A stretch of 64,000 bases of DNA, taken from assembly GCA_964459385.1 (NCBI GenBank), contig CAYWLG010000010.1, forward strand, positions 2,365-66,364. Direction: 5' to 3'. This DNA comes from an uncultured Anaerolinea sp. (GTDB lineage: Bacteria; Chloroflexota; Anaerolineae; Anaerolineales; Anaerolineaceae). Positions 6,917-17,154 of this stretch are shown here, piece after piece. Below the pieces are notes generated by a model, which saw only the letters and a program-made list of their open reading frames with translations, had not been told where the DNA came from and did no database searches. How positions within the stretch are numbered: position 1 is the first letter of the stretch; each line of letters opens with the position of its first letter. Position numbers and translations under genes: made by a program.

Positions 6917-9900
6917 ATGTTTGTCCATTTGAACACACATTCTGCATATTCACTCCTGCGTGGGGTGGCTTCTCCGCTTGAGTTAGCCCAGGCTGCCAGA
7001 GAGCAGGGAATGCCCGCGCTGGGGCTTACCGATCGCCGCATGCTGACCGGGACAGTGGAATTCGTGCGCGCCTGTAAGGAGGCAGAAGTTCAGCCTGTTC
7101 TGGGACTGGAATTTGAAAGCGAAGCCGGCCTGATCTCTTTGCTGGCGGAAAACGCAGCAGGATGGGCCAACCTCTGCCGCATCAGCAGCGAAGCGGCTTT
7201 GGGTCAGAACCCCGATGCCGCCCTTACCCTCGAAATGCTGCACGCGCACCGTCAGGGATTGCTGGCTTTGGCAGATGGAAGCGCCCATGTTGCCGAACTG
7301 CAAGAGATCTTTGCCGGTTCCCTCTATCTGACCCTGTCCAACCCTGCCGAAGGCATCAGGCTCAACAGCCTGGCGACTCGTTTTGCTTTGCCCATGCTGG
7401 CAGCCTGGCCGATCTACTACATTCAACCCCAGCAGGCGGCCCTGCAGCGCACGGTCAGCGCCATACGCACCTTGCAGCCGCTCCAAAAGCTGAGCGCCGC
7501 ACAGGTGGCCCCGCCAGAGGCCTGGTTCTTATCTGCTGCCGAAATGGAAGACCGCTACCAGCATTTCCCGGCGGCGCTGGAAAAGACGCTTGAGGTGGCC
7601 GAGCGCTGCCGCTTCGACCTGCCGCTGGGGGTTCCCCACATGCCCACCATTCCGCTGCCGCCGGGCCAGACCCTGACCGGTGAGCTGCGCGAACGGGCCG
7701 AGGCAGGGGCACGCCGCATCTACGGGCAGATCACCCCAGACCTTCAGGCGCGCCTCGACCACGAGATCGAGGTGATCGGCAAGATGGGCTTTGAGCCGAT
7801 CTTCTTCATCGTGGAAGATCTGCTGCGATTCGCGCGCGAGAAGGGCATTCCTTACTCTTCGCGCGGGTCGGCTGCATCTTCGCTGGTGGCCCACTGCCTG
7901 GAGATCACCAACCCCGACCCGATCCGCCTGAACCTCTACTTTGAACGGTTTTTGAACCCGGCACGTACCTCCCCGCCGGATATTGACACCGACCTGTGTT
8001 CTGAGCGACGCGATGAGGTGATTCAGCACGTGTTTGACCGCTACGGCGCCGAGCGTGTGGCGATGGTGGGCACGATCAACCGCTTCAGACCACGCTCGGC
8101 GCTGGGCGATGTGGCCAAAGCACACGGCCTGGACGCAGCCAAGGTGCGCGAGATGGTGAACCAGTTGCCGCATTCGTTCTGGGCCAGGTTTGAAGAAGCG
8201 CAGGAAGGCAAGCCGACTGTTACACCCTTATCGCAGCTTTCGCTTAAGTATTCTTCCCCGCAGTACCAGATGATCTTAAATGAAGCTGCGGCCCTCTTGA
8301 AATTGCCACGCCACCTGTCTGTGCATGCCGGCGGATTGATCGTGGCACCGGGGTCTCTCACCGATCTGGTGCCCGTTATGCGTTCGGGCAGCAAGGGGGT
8401 GGTGATCACACAATTTGACCTGGACGCGGTTGAGGCGCTGGGGCTGGTGAAGATCGACCTGTTGGGCATCCGCGGGCTGACCGTGCTGGGAGACGTGGCA
8501 GAGTTCATCCAAAAAAGCGAACCCGGCCAATACAAGACCCGCCTGGCCGTGCTGGATGCGGTGCCGCAGGAAGATGAGGCCACCTCAGACCGGATCGAGT
8601 TTGGGCAAACCATCGGCTGCTTTCAGATCGAAAGCCCGGGCATGCGCTCTACCATGCGTGAGATCCACGCCCGCAAAGAAGACGATCTGACGGCTGCGCT
8701 TTCACTTTACCGCCCGGGTCCGCTCAAGGGCGGACTGAAAGATGCTTTTGTGAGGCGCTTTCAAGGCAAAGAAGAAGTGTCTCATATTCACCCTTCTCTG
8801 GCCCCCCTGCTTGCCAATACTTATGGGGTCATCCTGTATCAGGAGCAGGTGCTGCGCATTGCCCATGAGATCGCCGGGTTCAGCCTGGCCGAAGCCGATC
8901 TGTTGAGGCGGGGCATGAGCCATTTTGACCCGGGCAAGCACATGCAGGAGCTGCGCCAGAAATTCATTGATTCGGCGCTGGAGAAAAGCAACATTCCCCT
9001 CGAAACGGGTGAACGCATCTGGGAGATGATGGCCGCTTTTTCGGGGTATGGCTTCCCGCAGGCGCATGCGGCTTCGTACGCCAAAGTTGCCTGGCGTTCG
9101 GCCTGGTGCAAGACGCACTTCCCGGCCGAGTTTATGGCGGCTGTGCTGGCCAACTGGGGAGGCTATTACAGCCAGCGCGTTTATCTCAGCGAGGCCAGAC
9201 GGCTGGGGCTGAACATTCACCCGCCGCACATCAATTACTCACAGCCAGACTTTGTGGCCAACGGCCAGACCCGCTCGCTCTATATGGGGCTGGATCAGGT
9301 GAAGGGGCTCACCCGCCGCACCATTGGGCAGATCGTGCGCTTGCGCCCGTTTGCCTCTCTGGAAGACTTTTTGACCCGGGTCGACCCGCGCCCGCAGGAG
9401 GCAGAAAGCCTGGCGCGGGTAGATGCTTTTGCCGGGCTGTGCACGATCCCGGCTGCTTTGCAGCGGCTGCGTGCCGGCAGTTGGAGCGCCGGGCAGATGA
9501 GCCTTTTCAACTGGCAACCTTCTGACCAGACAGACTGGACTATTAATGAAAAAGCAGCCGCGCAGGAAGAACTGTTGGGCATCAGCGTGGTGGCGCATCC
9601 GCTTGACCTGTATCGTTCTCAGATCGAAGCCGCCGGAGCTGTCACCATCATGGAAGCTCTCGAAAAACCCGGCCAAACCGTGCGGGTGGCCGGTCTGCGC
9701 CAGACATCGCATCGCAGCCGCACCGCCAAGGGAGAGATGATGATGTTCATCACCCTGGAAGACTTGAGCGGCATGCTGGATGTGGTGGTGTTCCCCGACG
9801 TGCTGCGCAAAGCAGACAACATTTTTACTTACTCGGCCGCTCCGCTGCTGATAGAAGGCACCCTCGAAAGGGATTCTGATTCAGAAGAACCGGTGCTCAA

Positions 9901-9928
9901 TGCAACCCGCTTTGTTCCGCTTGTGTGA
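6917..9928 (+). CDS. dnaE: DNA polymerase III alpha subunit (DnaE-type, compact 1003 aa)
   Basis: N-terminal PHP domain (FVHLNTHSAYSLLRG) and polymerase core (GSAASSLVAHCLEITNPDP, PDIDTDL, VKIDLLGIRGLT, FQIESPGMR, GFPQAHAASYA). Clamp motif QMSLF at 9494-9508. C-terminal OB fold. Confidence 0.9.
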   Translation: MFVHLNTHSAYSLLRGVASPLELAQAAREQGMPALGLTDRRMLTGTVEFVRACKEAEVQPVLGLEFESEAGLISLLAENAAGWANLCRISSEAALGQNPDAALTLEMLHAHRQGLLALADGSAHVAELQEIFAGSLYLTLSNPAEGIRLNSLATRFALPMLAAWPIYYIQPQQAALQRTVSAIRTLQPLQKLSAAQVAPPEAWFLSAAEMEDRYQHFPAALEKTLEVAERCRFDLPLGVPHMPTIPLPPGQTLTGELRERAEAGARRIYGQITPDLQARLDHEIEVIGKMGFEPIFFIVEDLLRFAREKGIPYSSRGSAASSLVAHCLEITNPDPIRLNLYFERFLNPARTSPPDIDTDLCSERRDEVIQHVFDRYGAERVAMVGTINRFRPRSALGDVAKAHGLDAAKVREMVNQLPHSFWARFEEAQEGKPTVTPLSQLSLKYSSPQYQMILNEAAALLKLPRHLSVHAGGLIVAPGSLTDLVPVMRSGSKGVVITQFDLDAVEALGLVKIDLLGIRGLTVLGDVAEFIQKSEPGQYKTRLAVLDAVPQEDEATSDRIEFGQTIGCFQIESPGMRSTMREIHARKEDDLTAALSLYRPGPLKGGLKDAFVRRFQGKEEVSHIHPSLAPLLANTYGVILYQEQVLRIAHEIAGFSLAEADLLRRGMSHFDPGKHMQELRQKFIDSALEKSNIPLETGERIWEMMAAFSGYGFPQAHAASYAKVAWRSAWCKTHFPAEFMAAVLANWGGYYSQRVYLSEARRLGLNIHPPHINYSQPDFVANGQTRSLYMGLDQVKGLTRRTIGQIVRLRPFASLEDFLTRVDPRPQEAESLARVDAFAGLCTIPAALQRLRAGSWSAGQMSLFNWQPSDQTDWTINEKAAAQEELLGISVVAHPLDLYRSQIEAAGAVTIMEALEKPGQTVRVAGLRQTSHRSRTAKGEMMMFITLEDLSGMLDVVVFPDVLRKADNIFTYSAAPLLIEGTLERDSDSEEPVLNATRFVPLV

Positions 9929-9961
9929 AACCTGAATTAGTTTTGCCTGGCGGATAAAAAA

Positions 9962-10000
9962 GCAGCACGCTGATTACAGTTTACGGAATCAGCGTGCTGC
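9962..10000. terminator. Bidirectional terminator between dnaE and the convergent MFS gene
   Basis: 14-bp stem gcagcacgctgatt / aatcagcgtgctgc, with an A-run upstream and a T-rich tract downstream. Confidence 0.8.
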
Positions 10001-10016
10001 CAAGGATGTTTTTCTA

Positions 10017-11450
10017 TTACTGTTTGGCAGTCTGAATAAACAATGAAGCAACGGCTGCCAGCAGGAACATCACGCCGAACATGGCTACCATTAAGACGTA
10101 ACCGGAGTGGTCGGCTATGGTGCCGCCGATATAGGCACCAATAGCCCCTGCGCCGGCGCCGGCCAGATTTTGCAGGCTCAAGAACTCGCCGGCACGATCC
10201 TGTGGGATGATATCCGTGCTAAGTGCCCAGGTGGCTACATCAAACAAGGCGTAAGCCAGGCCAAATACCGCGGCCGCAATGTACATGCTGGCGATGGATG
10301 GCCCAATGACCATGATCGCCACACCGATCGCCCCGGCTACCCCGGCAATTGTGGTAAGCAGTTTTCGTGAAAAATGATCGCATAGCCAACCGGCGATCAG
10401 GCCAAAGAGAACGATAAATGCGCCCAGCACCATAGGCAGCAGCCCCGCCAGCGACACGGCCTCATTGAGTGGCATATCGAATTTTTCCTGGAAGAAGTAC
10501 AACAGGAAGGAGGCCAGGTTATTGATGGCCACGAACGCTGCTAGGCGCGAGATGACCAGCCAGACAAAAGGTTTGTTCTGGCGGATGGACTTGTCCATGT
10601 GGATGCCCAATGCGGCAAACACCCCGCCTACCACCGCGATGATCATGGCCACGACCCCAATCGTACCGAAGGTAAACTTTGAGGCTTCCCCTAGCGCCGG
10701 AATGATGCGTTTAACCACTTGGCCCAGTCCCAGGATGATCGCTGTAAAGACTGCTGTCATCAGTACGAGGCTGAGGAAGGGCTTCCAATCGAGTGCTTTG
10801 GGGGCTTCATCGAGCGAGGGTTTCTCACGCACGAACATGGCCAGCGCCATGCAAATCAACATGGTGGCACAGGTGGCAATAATGCCGCCGGTCAGGTTGC
10901 CCTTGCTGAACATGGGGGTAACGACCAGACCCACCACGATCAAAGGCAGGGGAACAGAAAAGAGGATCTTCACGCCCGAAGCAATGCCGCGGCGTTCCTG
11001 AGGCACCAGATCGGGAAGGAGCGCCTGAGTGGCCGCCTGTGAGGTGTTGGACAGGATCATCGAAAAGATGTAAGCGCCAAAAAGGACGATATAGCCGGTG
11101 ATTCCCTTCAGGCCGGCAATCCAAACCATGCTGGCGATCACGAGCACTTCCAGAATGGTGCCCACAAAGATGAAAGGTCGCCTGCGGCCAAATTTGCTGC
11201 GCAGACGATCGCTCAACAAGCCCATGAGCGCCTGACTAAGCAGCGCCACCATCAGAGCCCAGAGGCGAATGGTGCCATAGTAAGAACCCTTCTGTGATTC
11301 ACCCACAAAGTTTTGCACCAACAATGGCACAAGCAGCCCTGCCAGCACTTGCGTGCGCAGGGTGATCGAAAACCAGTTGATGTTCATCAAAATATGATCA
11401 TACCAATGCAATTTTGGGGTGGTACCGGCTGGGACAGTTGTGGTTGTCAT
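10017..11450 (-). CDS. MFS transporter (GPH/SLC45-like sugar:cation symporter type)
   Basis: 12 predicted TM helices and the loop motif LSDRLRSKFGRRRPF, typical of glycoside-pentoside-hexuronide-type MFS carriers. Confidence 0.75.
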   Translation of the reverse strand: MTTTTVPAGTTPKLHWYDHILMNINWFSITLRTQVLAGLLVPLLVQNFVGESQKGSYYGTIRLWALMVALLSQALMGLLSDRLRSKFGRRRPFIFVGTILEVLVIASMVWIAGLKGITGYIVLFGAYIFSMILSNTSQAATQALLPDLVPQERRGIASGVKILFSVPLPLIVVGLVVTPMFSKGNLTGGIIATCATMLICMALAMFVREKPSLDEAPKALDWKPFLSLVLMTAVFTAIILGLGQVVKRIIPALGEASKFTFGTIGVVAMIIAVVGGVFAALGIHMDKSIRQNKPFVWLVISRLAAFVAINNLASFLLYFFQEKFDMPLNEAVSLAGLLPMVLGAFIVLFGLIAGWLCDHFSRKLLTTIAGVAGAIGVAIMVIGPSIASMYIAAAVFGLAYALFDVATWALSTDIIPQDRAGEFLSLQNLAGAGAGAIGAYIGGTIADHSGYVLMVAMFGVMFLLAAVASLFIQTAKQ

Positions 11451-11618
11451 GGGGTGCTCCTTGAGAGAATAATTCTGAGTTTATTTTAATAGCAGACGGA
11501 AAGTAGACCAAACCATATGGTATAAGTTTTGCGGATCAGTGGCCAAGGGGAACCGCTGCCAGATGTGCAAGCGTGGCTAACCTGCAGAAAGTGTAGAAGT
11601 CAGTTGGCATGATGATTG

Positions 11619-14135
11619 TCAAGCCCCCTCTCCGTCCGGGGTCACCCCCAGACCATCGCCATGCCAGCTTCGGTGCGCCGGCGTCAAAAAGGTGCTGCCG
11701 TCATCGAGCAAGGCATAAGGATAGGCAAAGGCTTCAGCATCAAAGCAAACCGATTCGGGAGGGTTGTCTCCTTGGTAGGGAGCGATCAGCAGATTGAAAG
11801 ACTGTTCGCGCCCGTTATAAGAAGGTGCATAAGATTTCAGTTGGTCGGCGGCTGAAAACTTGGTGGAGATCAGGTTGCCTAAATTTGTGTCGGCCGTGGG
11901 GTAACGATACTGCGGGCCAAAATAAGTGCCAAAGGGGTTGAGCAGGAGGTGGCTGTTCTTCCCTCTGGCTTTTGTGCGCAGCGGGCAGAAGGCGATGTTG
12001 CTCGAAACATCCGCGTTTTGCGCCAGTAGAATGCCGCTGCTGCCGTCAGATACTGCCAGCCAGGCATGGGTGATCTGGTTGTTCACATCTGCCAGTTCTT
12101 TGTTGGGTGAAAAACGGCCGTAATCCAGGTCGAAAGTGCTGATGTGATCGCAGTAATTATGCTTCCAAACCCTGAGCGGAGCGCCGGGCTTGCCAGTCAG
12201 GTTCGGGCTGATCTGACAGGGGAGCACTTCTTGCCAGCGATTATCCCATTTTTGCTGCAGGCGTTTTGCCGTGCCTTCGCTGTAGCCCTGATCGGGCGTG
12301 CGCGGATAGCGGATGTGCATCTGCACAAATAAGTAAGACAGCCCTGCCGCCAGGAGGAGTTCGCGTTCGACCCTCACCGGGTGCTTCCCAGGCAGTTCAA
12401 AATCACCCTGCATGCGAATCAGGCCAAGCGGACCATGCGCTTGTGCTTCGATCGTATGCCAGTGGGTAACTGCATAGTGGCGTTTTTGATAGACCACTTC
12501 ACTGGACAGGAAATGCCCTGCGGCAAATTCTTTGCCCTGAAACTTCAGGCTGGTTGCCTGGCCCTCTTCATCGAGCGTTAATTCAAGCTGTTCATTTTTG
12601 AGGATGTTCTTTGTAGCGGTGATAACTGCTGCGGCTGCCTGCGGTTCAGCGTCCGCACCATGAATAAGCTGATAGGTTTTTTCCTGCCCGGGCTCAAACC
12701 GATCGACAAACACCAGTTGACGGCTGCCTGAATTTTTCAGCACTCCACAGGGAAGGACCTTTCCGTCCGATCCTTTCACGGCAAGCGGCTCTTTCACAGC
12801 GGCTTGCAAGGGCAGGCGGATCAACGCCTGCGAGGGATGCGCACTGTACTTCACTGATTCAGTGCTTTCGCCACGCACATAGTCCAGCAGTTTGAAAGTC
12901 CCTGCTGGCTGTTTCTCGGCGACCTGGTCGAAGGCGGCCGAGGCGGCTTGAACAGCCTGTTCGACCAGATAGCGCGCAGTCTTTTCGCGCGTCAGGTTCA
13001 AGACCGGGGCGGCCATGCCAAAATGTGTGGTGGAAAGGATCTTGATGCGGGTGTCAAAGGCATCCTGTAAGTGTTTCGCTACAGATCCAGTGATCGACCC
13101 TGCCAGCCGCCGCGTTTGCAGATCGAGGATGCGGGCGCGTTCCAGGCCGGTAAAAAGCTGGTGGTTCGACCATTTTTCGGCCCAACTGGAAAGCCCGTCA
13201 AAACTTCCATCGGCGGTGTCTTGCCCAAAGGAGATCGTCTTTACCGGTGAGTGGTCTTTTAGATAACGGCCGGGGGTGGTGAATTGAATATAGTCCAGGT
13301 CTCGTACATTTTCGACCAAACTGGGCAGGCCTCGAATTGTAGAAAAACCATTTTTCAGCCATTCGGGCGCATCGTAGCCGGCCCAAAACTGATCGTCGGC
13401 ATCCTGATCGATCAACAGCAGCAGATCACGCGGTTCTTTCATGGCCATTTGGGCACGCCGCATTTTCTTCACCCAGCGGCGCAGGGTTAAATTATCTGCC
13501 ACATCCCCGATGTTGTAGGCGGGCAGCAGGGTCATGGTCTCTTCCACGCCGGGGTAGGCCAGGGTGAGAGGATTATAGCGTTCGTATGTGTCGAGCAATG
13601 GGATGAAATTACTGAAGCCGTTAAAGGGAACAGAAGAATAATACAGGCTGATCGTATCAATTCCCAGAGCCCTATAAAGTTTAAGATGAATGGGGGTGAA
13701 CATCATCTCTTGCGGCCGGACGATATTTTCATAAGCTTCGCCGAAAAGGTCGCGCAGCCCCGACCCGGCCGGATTGTGGATGGCGAGCCGCATGCTCTCT
13801 TCAAACTCTCGTGCGGTGTGGGCATTGATCAGGCCGTTGTTGTAAGACATGAATTCCATTTCGTCCATGCCGGTCTTCACGCGGCGCTGCAAAGACGCGA
13901 TGATATCTGGGCAGTATTCGGGCATGATCTTTTCGAGCGAGAAATAATTTTCAAAGTCCCAGGTGCCTCGCACAGGCAAGCCTTGCTGGTTGTATCGATC
14001 GAGAACCTGAATAATGGAACGGATGATGCGGATGTCTTTGCCAAACCCAAGCTCATCGGGGGTATCGCCGCGGTAAGAATGGTAGAAATTGCCGTGAAAG
14101 CGGAAGGCGATATGAATGAGTGGGTTCATGGGCAA
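11619..14135 (-). CDS. GH57-like glycoside hydrolase family protein (838 aa, cytoplasmic)
   Basis: The N-terminal region aligns by eye with the GH57 (beta/alpha)7 barrel: IHIAFRFHGNFYHSY versus IHNHQP-type, PQEMMF versus the TERVW nucleophile region, LLIDQDADDQFW versus the HDDGEKFG acid/base region. No signal peptide. Confidence 0.45.
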   Translation of the reverse strand: MPMNPLIHIAFRFHGNFYHSYRGDTPDELGFGKDIRIIRSIIQVLDRYNQQGLPVRGTWDFENYFSLEKIMPEYCPDIIASLQRRVKTGMDEMEFMSYNNGLINAHTAREFEESMRLAIHNPAGSGLRDLFGEAYENIVRPQEMMFTPIHLKLYRALGIDTISLYYSSVPFNGFSNFIPLLDTYERYNPLTLAYPGVEETMTLLPAYNIGDVADNLTLRRWVKKMRRAQMAMKEPRDLLLLIDQDADDQFWAGYDAPEWLKNGFSTIRGLPSLVENVRDLDYIQFTTPGRYLKDHSPVKTISFGQDTADGSFDGLSSWAEKWSNHQLFTGLERARILDLQTRRLAGSITGSVAKHLQDAFDTRIKILSTTHFGMAAPVLNLTREKTARYLVEQAVQAASAAFDQVAEKQPAGTFKLLDYVRGESTESVKYSAHPSQALIRLPLQAAVKEPLAVKGSDGKVLPCGVLKNSGSRQLVFVDRFEPGQEKTYQLIHGADAEPQAAAAVITATKNILKNEQLELTLDEEGQATSLKFQGKEFAAGHFLSSEVVYQKRHYAVTHWHTIEAQAHGPLGLIRMQGDFELPGKHPVRVERELLLAAGLSYLFVQMHIRYPRTPDQGYSEGTAKRLQQKWDNRWQEVLPCQISPNLTGKPGAPLRVWKHNYCDHISTFDLDYGRFSPNKELADVNNQITHAWLAVSDGSSGILLAQNADVSSNIAFCPLRTKARGKNSHLLLNPFGTYFGPQYRYPTADTNLGNLISTKFSAADQLKSYAPSYNGREQSFNLLIAPYQGDNPPESVCFDAEAFAYPYALLDDGSTFLTPAHRSWHGDGLGVTPDGEGA

Positions 14136-14412
14136 TCATTTTCCTTGTGGGTAGTTTGGCGTGAGAGATTTGCTGTGTCCCTGATAAAAATCATTATACA
14201 TTGGGCGCTCCGAAAGGCAACATTGATTCCCCTCTTTTTACGCACGCTTTTTTATGCAAGTTCTTTGGGTGTACGCATATTTCAATTCAAGTATGTACAG
14301 AGCATCCTGATTTTCTCGACCAGAGAAATTGGATTGGCAGAAGTTCTTATTCATTTCGCTGGCAAAATTTTGTATAATCAGATAGAAATACACCGAATTG
14401 AGGAGAAACCCT

Positions 14413-15792
14413 ATGAAAAAGCGAAATTTACAGGTAATTACAGCCCTTGTGCTGATCGCTCTGGTCACTTTGGCCTGCCGGTTTTCCATTCCGGGGCAGG
14501 CACCCTCTGAAGAAACACTGGCCACGTCAGTAGCAGCCACTTTCACTGCGCTGGCGCCGCATTCGATCCCTACCGAGACTGCACCAACCGCCGAAGTCGG
14601 CTCCCCCACTGAGGCAGTGCCGACAGTTACCCCGGCTGCAGTGACGGCGGCCTTTGTCAGCGCCGGCCGCGATCTTTACGTCTGGCAGGAGGGCGCAGCC
14701 TCTGCCACGCGTTTGACCAATGATGGCGATGTCGATCAGGCGGTGATCTCCAGCGACGGCACGATGATCGCTTTTGTGCGCAGCCACGATTACACCGATT
14801 ACCAGTTGGAAGTGATTCACAGTGATGGCAGCGGCCGCATGACTTTGATCTCATTTGCCGATTTTGCCGCTTTGCCCCGGCCAGCCGATTCTGAGGCCAC
14901 AGTGCCTTATCAATTGGTCTGGAAACCGGGTTCTCATACTCTTTACATGAACGCACGCATTCAATTCATGGGGCCGGGATTGCAGATAGGCGAACAGCTT
15001 TACCAGATCAACGCTGAGACCGCCGAACGCTCTGTTTGGATGACGGTGAGCGGCAACTGGCGCTTTGGCTTTTCGCCTGATGGCAGCAAGCTGACGATTT
15101 CTCACCCCAATGGGGTAGACCTCTATGCCGCGGATGGTACGCTCATTCGTGCCGCTGTGATCACGCACGACCTGATCAACACGGCTTCTGAATATCAGTG
15201 GGTGGCTTCGCCCGATTGGCAAAGCGACAGTTCGAGCTTTGCTGTGGGCATTCCGCCCCAGGAGCCATTCGCCGAGACCCCCGCCGACAGCAAGGTTTAT
15301 CGTGTCACCTCCGCCGGCGATGCTGCGCTGATGTTTACCCGCGCGATCAGTTTCTCCTCCGAGCGGATCGCCACTTTTGATCACAGCCTGGGCCATATCG
15401 GCTTCTCCATGCGTCTGGCGCCGGCCTCTGATAACCTGTGGGCGCTGCATGTGGCAAATATTGACGGCACTAACGATCTGACCATCGCCACCGGCTATTT
15501 CAGCCAACTGCCGGTCTGGTCAAGCGACGATCAGCACTTCATTTTCTCAAACATGAGCGGTTCCACCCAGCAGGCCTATCTCGGCAGTGTGGATGGTTCA
15601 ACCGTTCTGCTCGCCGATATTCCCAGCCTGATGCAGGTGCGCTGGTTGGATGCAACCCGCTATTTGGCCTCGAGTTATGATGGCAGCGGCTACTCGCTGC
15701 TGTTGGGAACGATCGGCAGCCCCAGCCTGACGCTCTTTAGCGAGCCAACAGCCAGCGGCAATCCGCAATTACATTTTGATGTGAACCGCTAA
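14413..15792 (+). CDS. Lipoprotein with PD40/TolB-like beta-propeller repeats
   Basis: MKKRNLQVITALVLIALVTLAC signal/lipobox after a GAGGAG RBS, then a T/P/A-rich linker. Repeated DG(S/T)xIAF-type propeller blades (SSDGTMIAFVRS, SPDGSKLTISH). Confidence 0.7.
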   Translation: MKKRNLQVITALVLIALVTLACRFSIPGQAPSEETLATSVAATFTALAPHSIPTETAPTAEVGSPTEAVPTVTPAAVTAAFVSAGRDLYVWQEGAASATRLTNDGDVDQAVISSDGTMIAFVRSHDYTDYQLEVIHSDGSGRMTLISFADFAALPRPADSEATVPYQLVWKPGSHTLYMNARIQFMGPGLQIGEQLYQINAETAERSVWMTVSGNWRFGFSPDGSKLTISHPNGVDLYAADGTLIRAAVITHDLINTASEYQWVASPDWQSDSSSFAVGIPPQEPFAETPADSKVYRVTSAGDAALMFTRAISFSSERIATFDHSLGHIGFSMRLAPASDNLWALHVANIDGTNDLTIATGYFSQLPVWSSDDQHFIFSNMSGSTQQAYLGSVDGSTVLLADIPSLMQVRWLDATRYLASSYDGSGYSLLLGTIGSPSLTLFSEPTASGNPQLHFDVNR

Positions 15793-15811
15793 GAGATTCG
15801 ATGGTAGATGG

Positions 15812-15848
15812 ATGGAGGATTTACAACAGTAAATCCTCCATATTTTTG
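15812..15848 (+). terminator. Rho-independent terminator
   Basis: atggaggattta / taaatcctccat 12-bp stem followed by atttttg. Confidence 0.8.
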
Positions 15849-15928
15849 CCCTTGCAAATAGATTATAATTTTTAGAATGTTTGATAAAAAAAGCAAAATA
15901 GGTAATGGCATAAGAAACAGGAGATGAT

Positions 15929-17140
15929 ATGAATAAAGTTAAAATTGTGGCGGTCGTTGCCGTTCTCATGTTGGTTACGAGCGCTATCCTCTCAGCCTGT
16001 CAGGGTGCCGACCCGCAGGTGGTAGAACAAACCATGCAGGCAGCAGTAGATCAAACAATGGCCGCCATGCCCACCGAAACGCCCATTCCCACGGCAACTG
16101 CCACGGCAGCGCCCACTTTCACGCCGACGCCTGTGGCTGTGAGCTACGGCCCCACTAACTTCCCCGATAATGTTGACCCGCTGACCGGCCTGGAAGTATC
16201 TGACCCCAGCATTTTGAACCGTCGCCCGGTGATGATCAAAGTATCCAATTACCCACGCTCTACCCGCCCACATGCCGGACTTTCTTCGGCTGACATCGTC
16301 TTCGATTATTATATCGGCGAGGGTGGAAACCGCTTTTTGGCCCTGTTCTATGGGCAAAATACGGATGCCGCCGGCCCCATCCGTTCGGGCCGTCTGGTAG
16401 ACCGCTGGCTGGTGAGCATGTATCAGGGCATTCTGGGCCTTGAATGGGCGTATGAACCCGTTTACGAATCAATTCTCGACCAATTGGGCTACAGCCGCAT
16501 GGTTTCGGGCACAGATAACACCTGCCCGGCCATCTGCTCGAATAATGACCCGGTGGTGGAAAACCGCTGGTTTGCCAACACTGCCGAAATGACGAAAAAG
16601 TATGCGGCCAATCCCTACGCCACCAACTCAAAACCCAATCTGGATGGCATGGCCTTCGCCACCGTGCCCCCTGAAGGCGGCAAAGATGGTCACGAATTTA
16701 CTATGCAGTTCAGTTTTGCCAACCTGGGGCAGTGGAAGTACGATGCCGCCAGCCAGAAGTATCTGCGCTGGATCGAGACGAACGATGATCCCAATGGTGT
16801 GGCTCTGGCGCCGCTGACCGACCGCAATACCGGCAAGCAACTGGCCTTCTCAAACGTGGTGGTCATGTTTACCACTTATGATACCCTCAACGGCGACGAT
16901 ACCCTGCACGAGATCAACATCGTTGGCCAGCGCGGCAAGATGCTCCTCTTCCGTGATGGCATGGTCTATGAAGGTACCTGGCAAGGCTACAGCTACGACA
17001 CACCGATCAAGTTCTTCGACAGCAACAATCAACCGCTGGCTTTGCAGCCGGGCAACACCTGGATCTCGATCACCGGCACCTGGTCGGATACCAAAGAAGA
17101 CGAACCGGGTGTGTGGCGTGTGGTCTTCCACAAACCCTAA
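15929..17140 (+). CDS. DUF3048 (YerB-like) lipoprotein
   Basis: Signal plus lipobox (ILSAC) and a PT-rich linker. Hallmark RPVMIKVSNYPRSTRPHAGLSSADIVFDYYIGEGGNRFLALF resembles the DUF3048 core as I recall it. Confidence 0.7.
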   Translation: MNKVKIVAVVAVLMLVTSAILSACQGADPQVVEQTMQAAVDQTMAAMPTETPIPTATATAAPTFTPTPVAVSYGPTNFPDNVDPLTGLEVSDPSILNRRPVMIKVSNYPRSTRPHAGLSSADIVFDYYIGEGGNRFLALFYGQNTDAAGPIRSGRLVDRWLVSMYQGILGLEWAYEPVYESILDQLGYSRMVSGTDNTCPAICSNNDPVVENRWFANTAEMTKKYAANPYATNSKPNLDGMAFATVPPEGGKDGHEFTMQFSFANLGQWKYDAASQKYLRWIETNDDPNGVALAPLTDRNTGKQLAFSNVVVMFTTYDTLNGDDTLHEINIVGQRGKMLLFRDGMVYEGTWQGYSYDTPIKFFDSNNQPLALQPGNTWISITGTWSDTKEDEPGVWRVVFHKP

Positions 17141-17154
17141 GCGCGGAGCATCCG

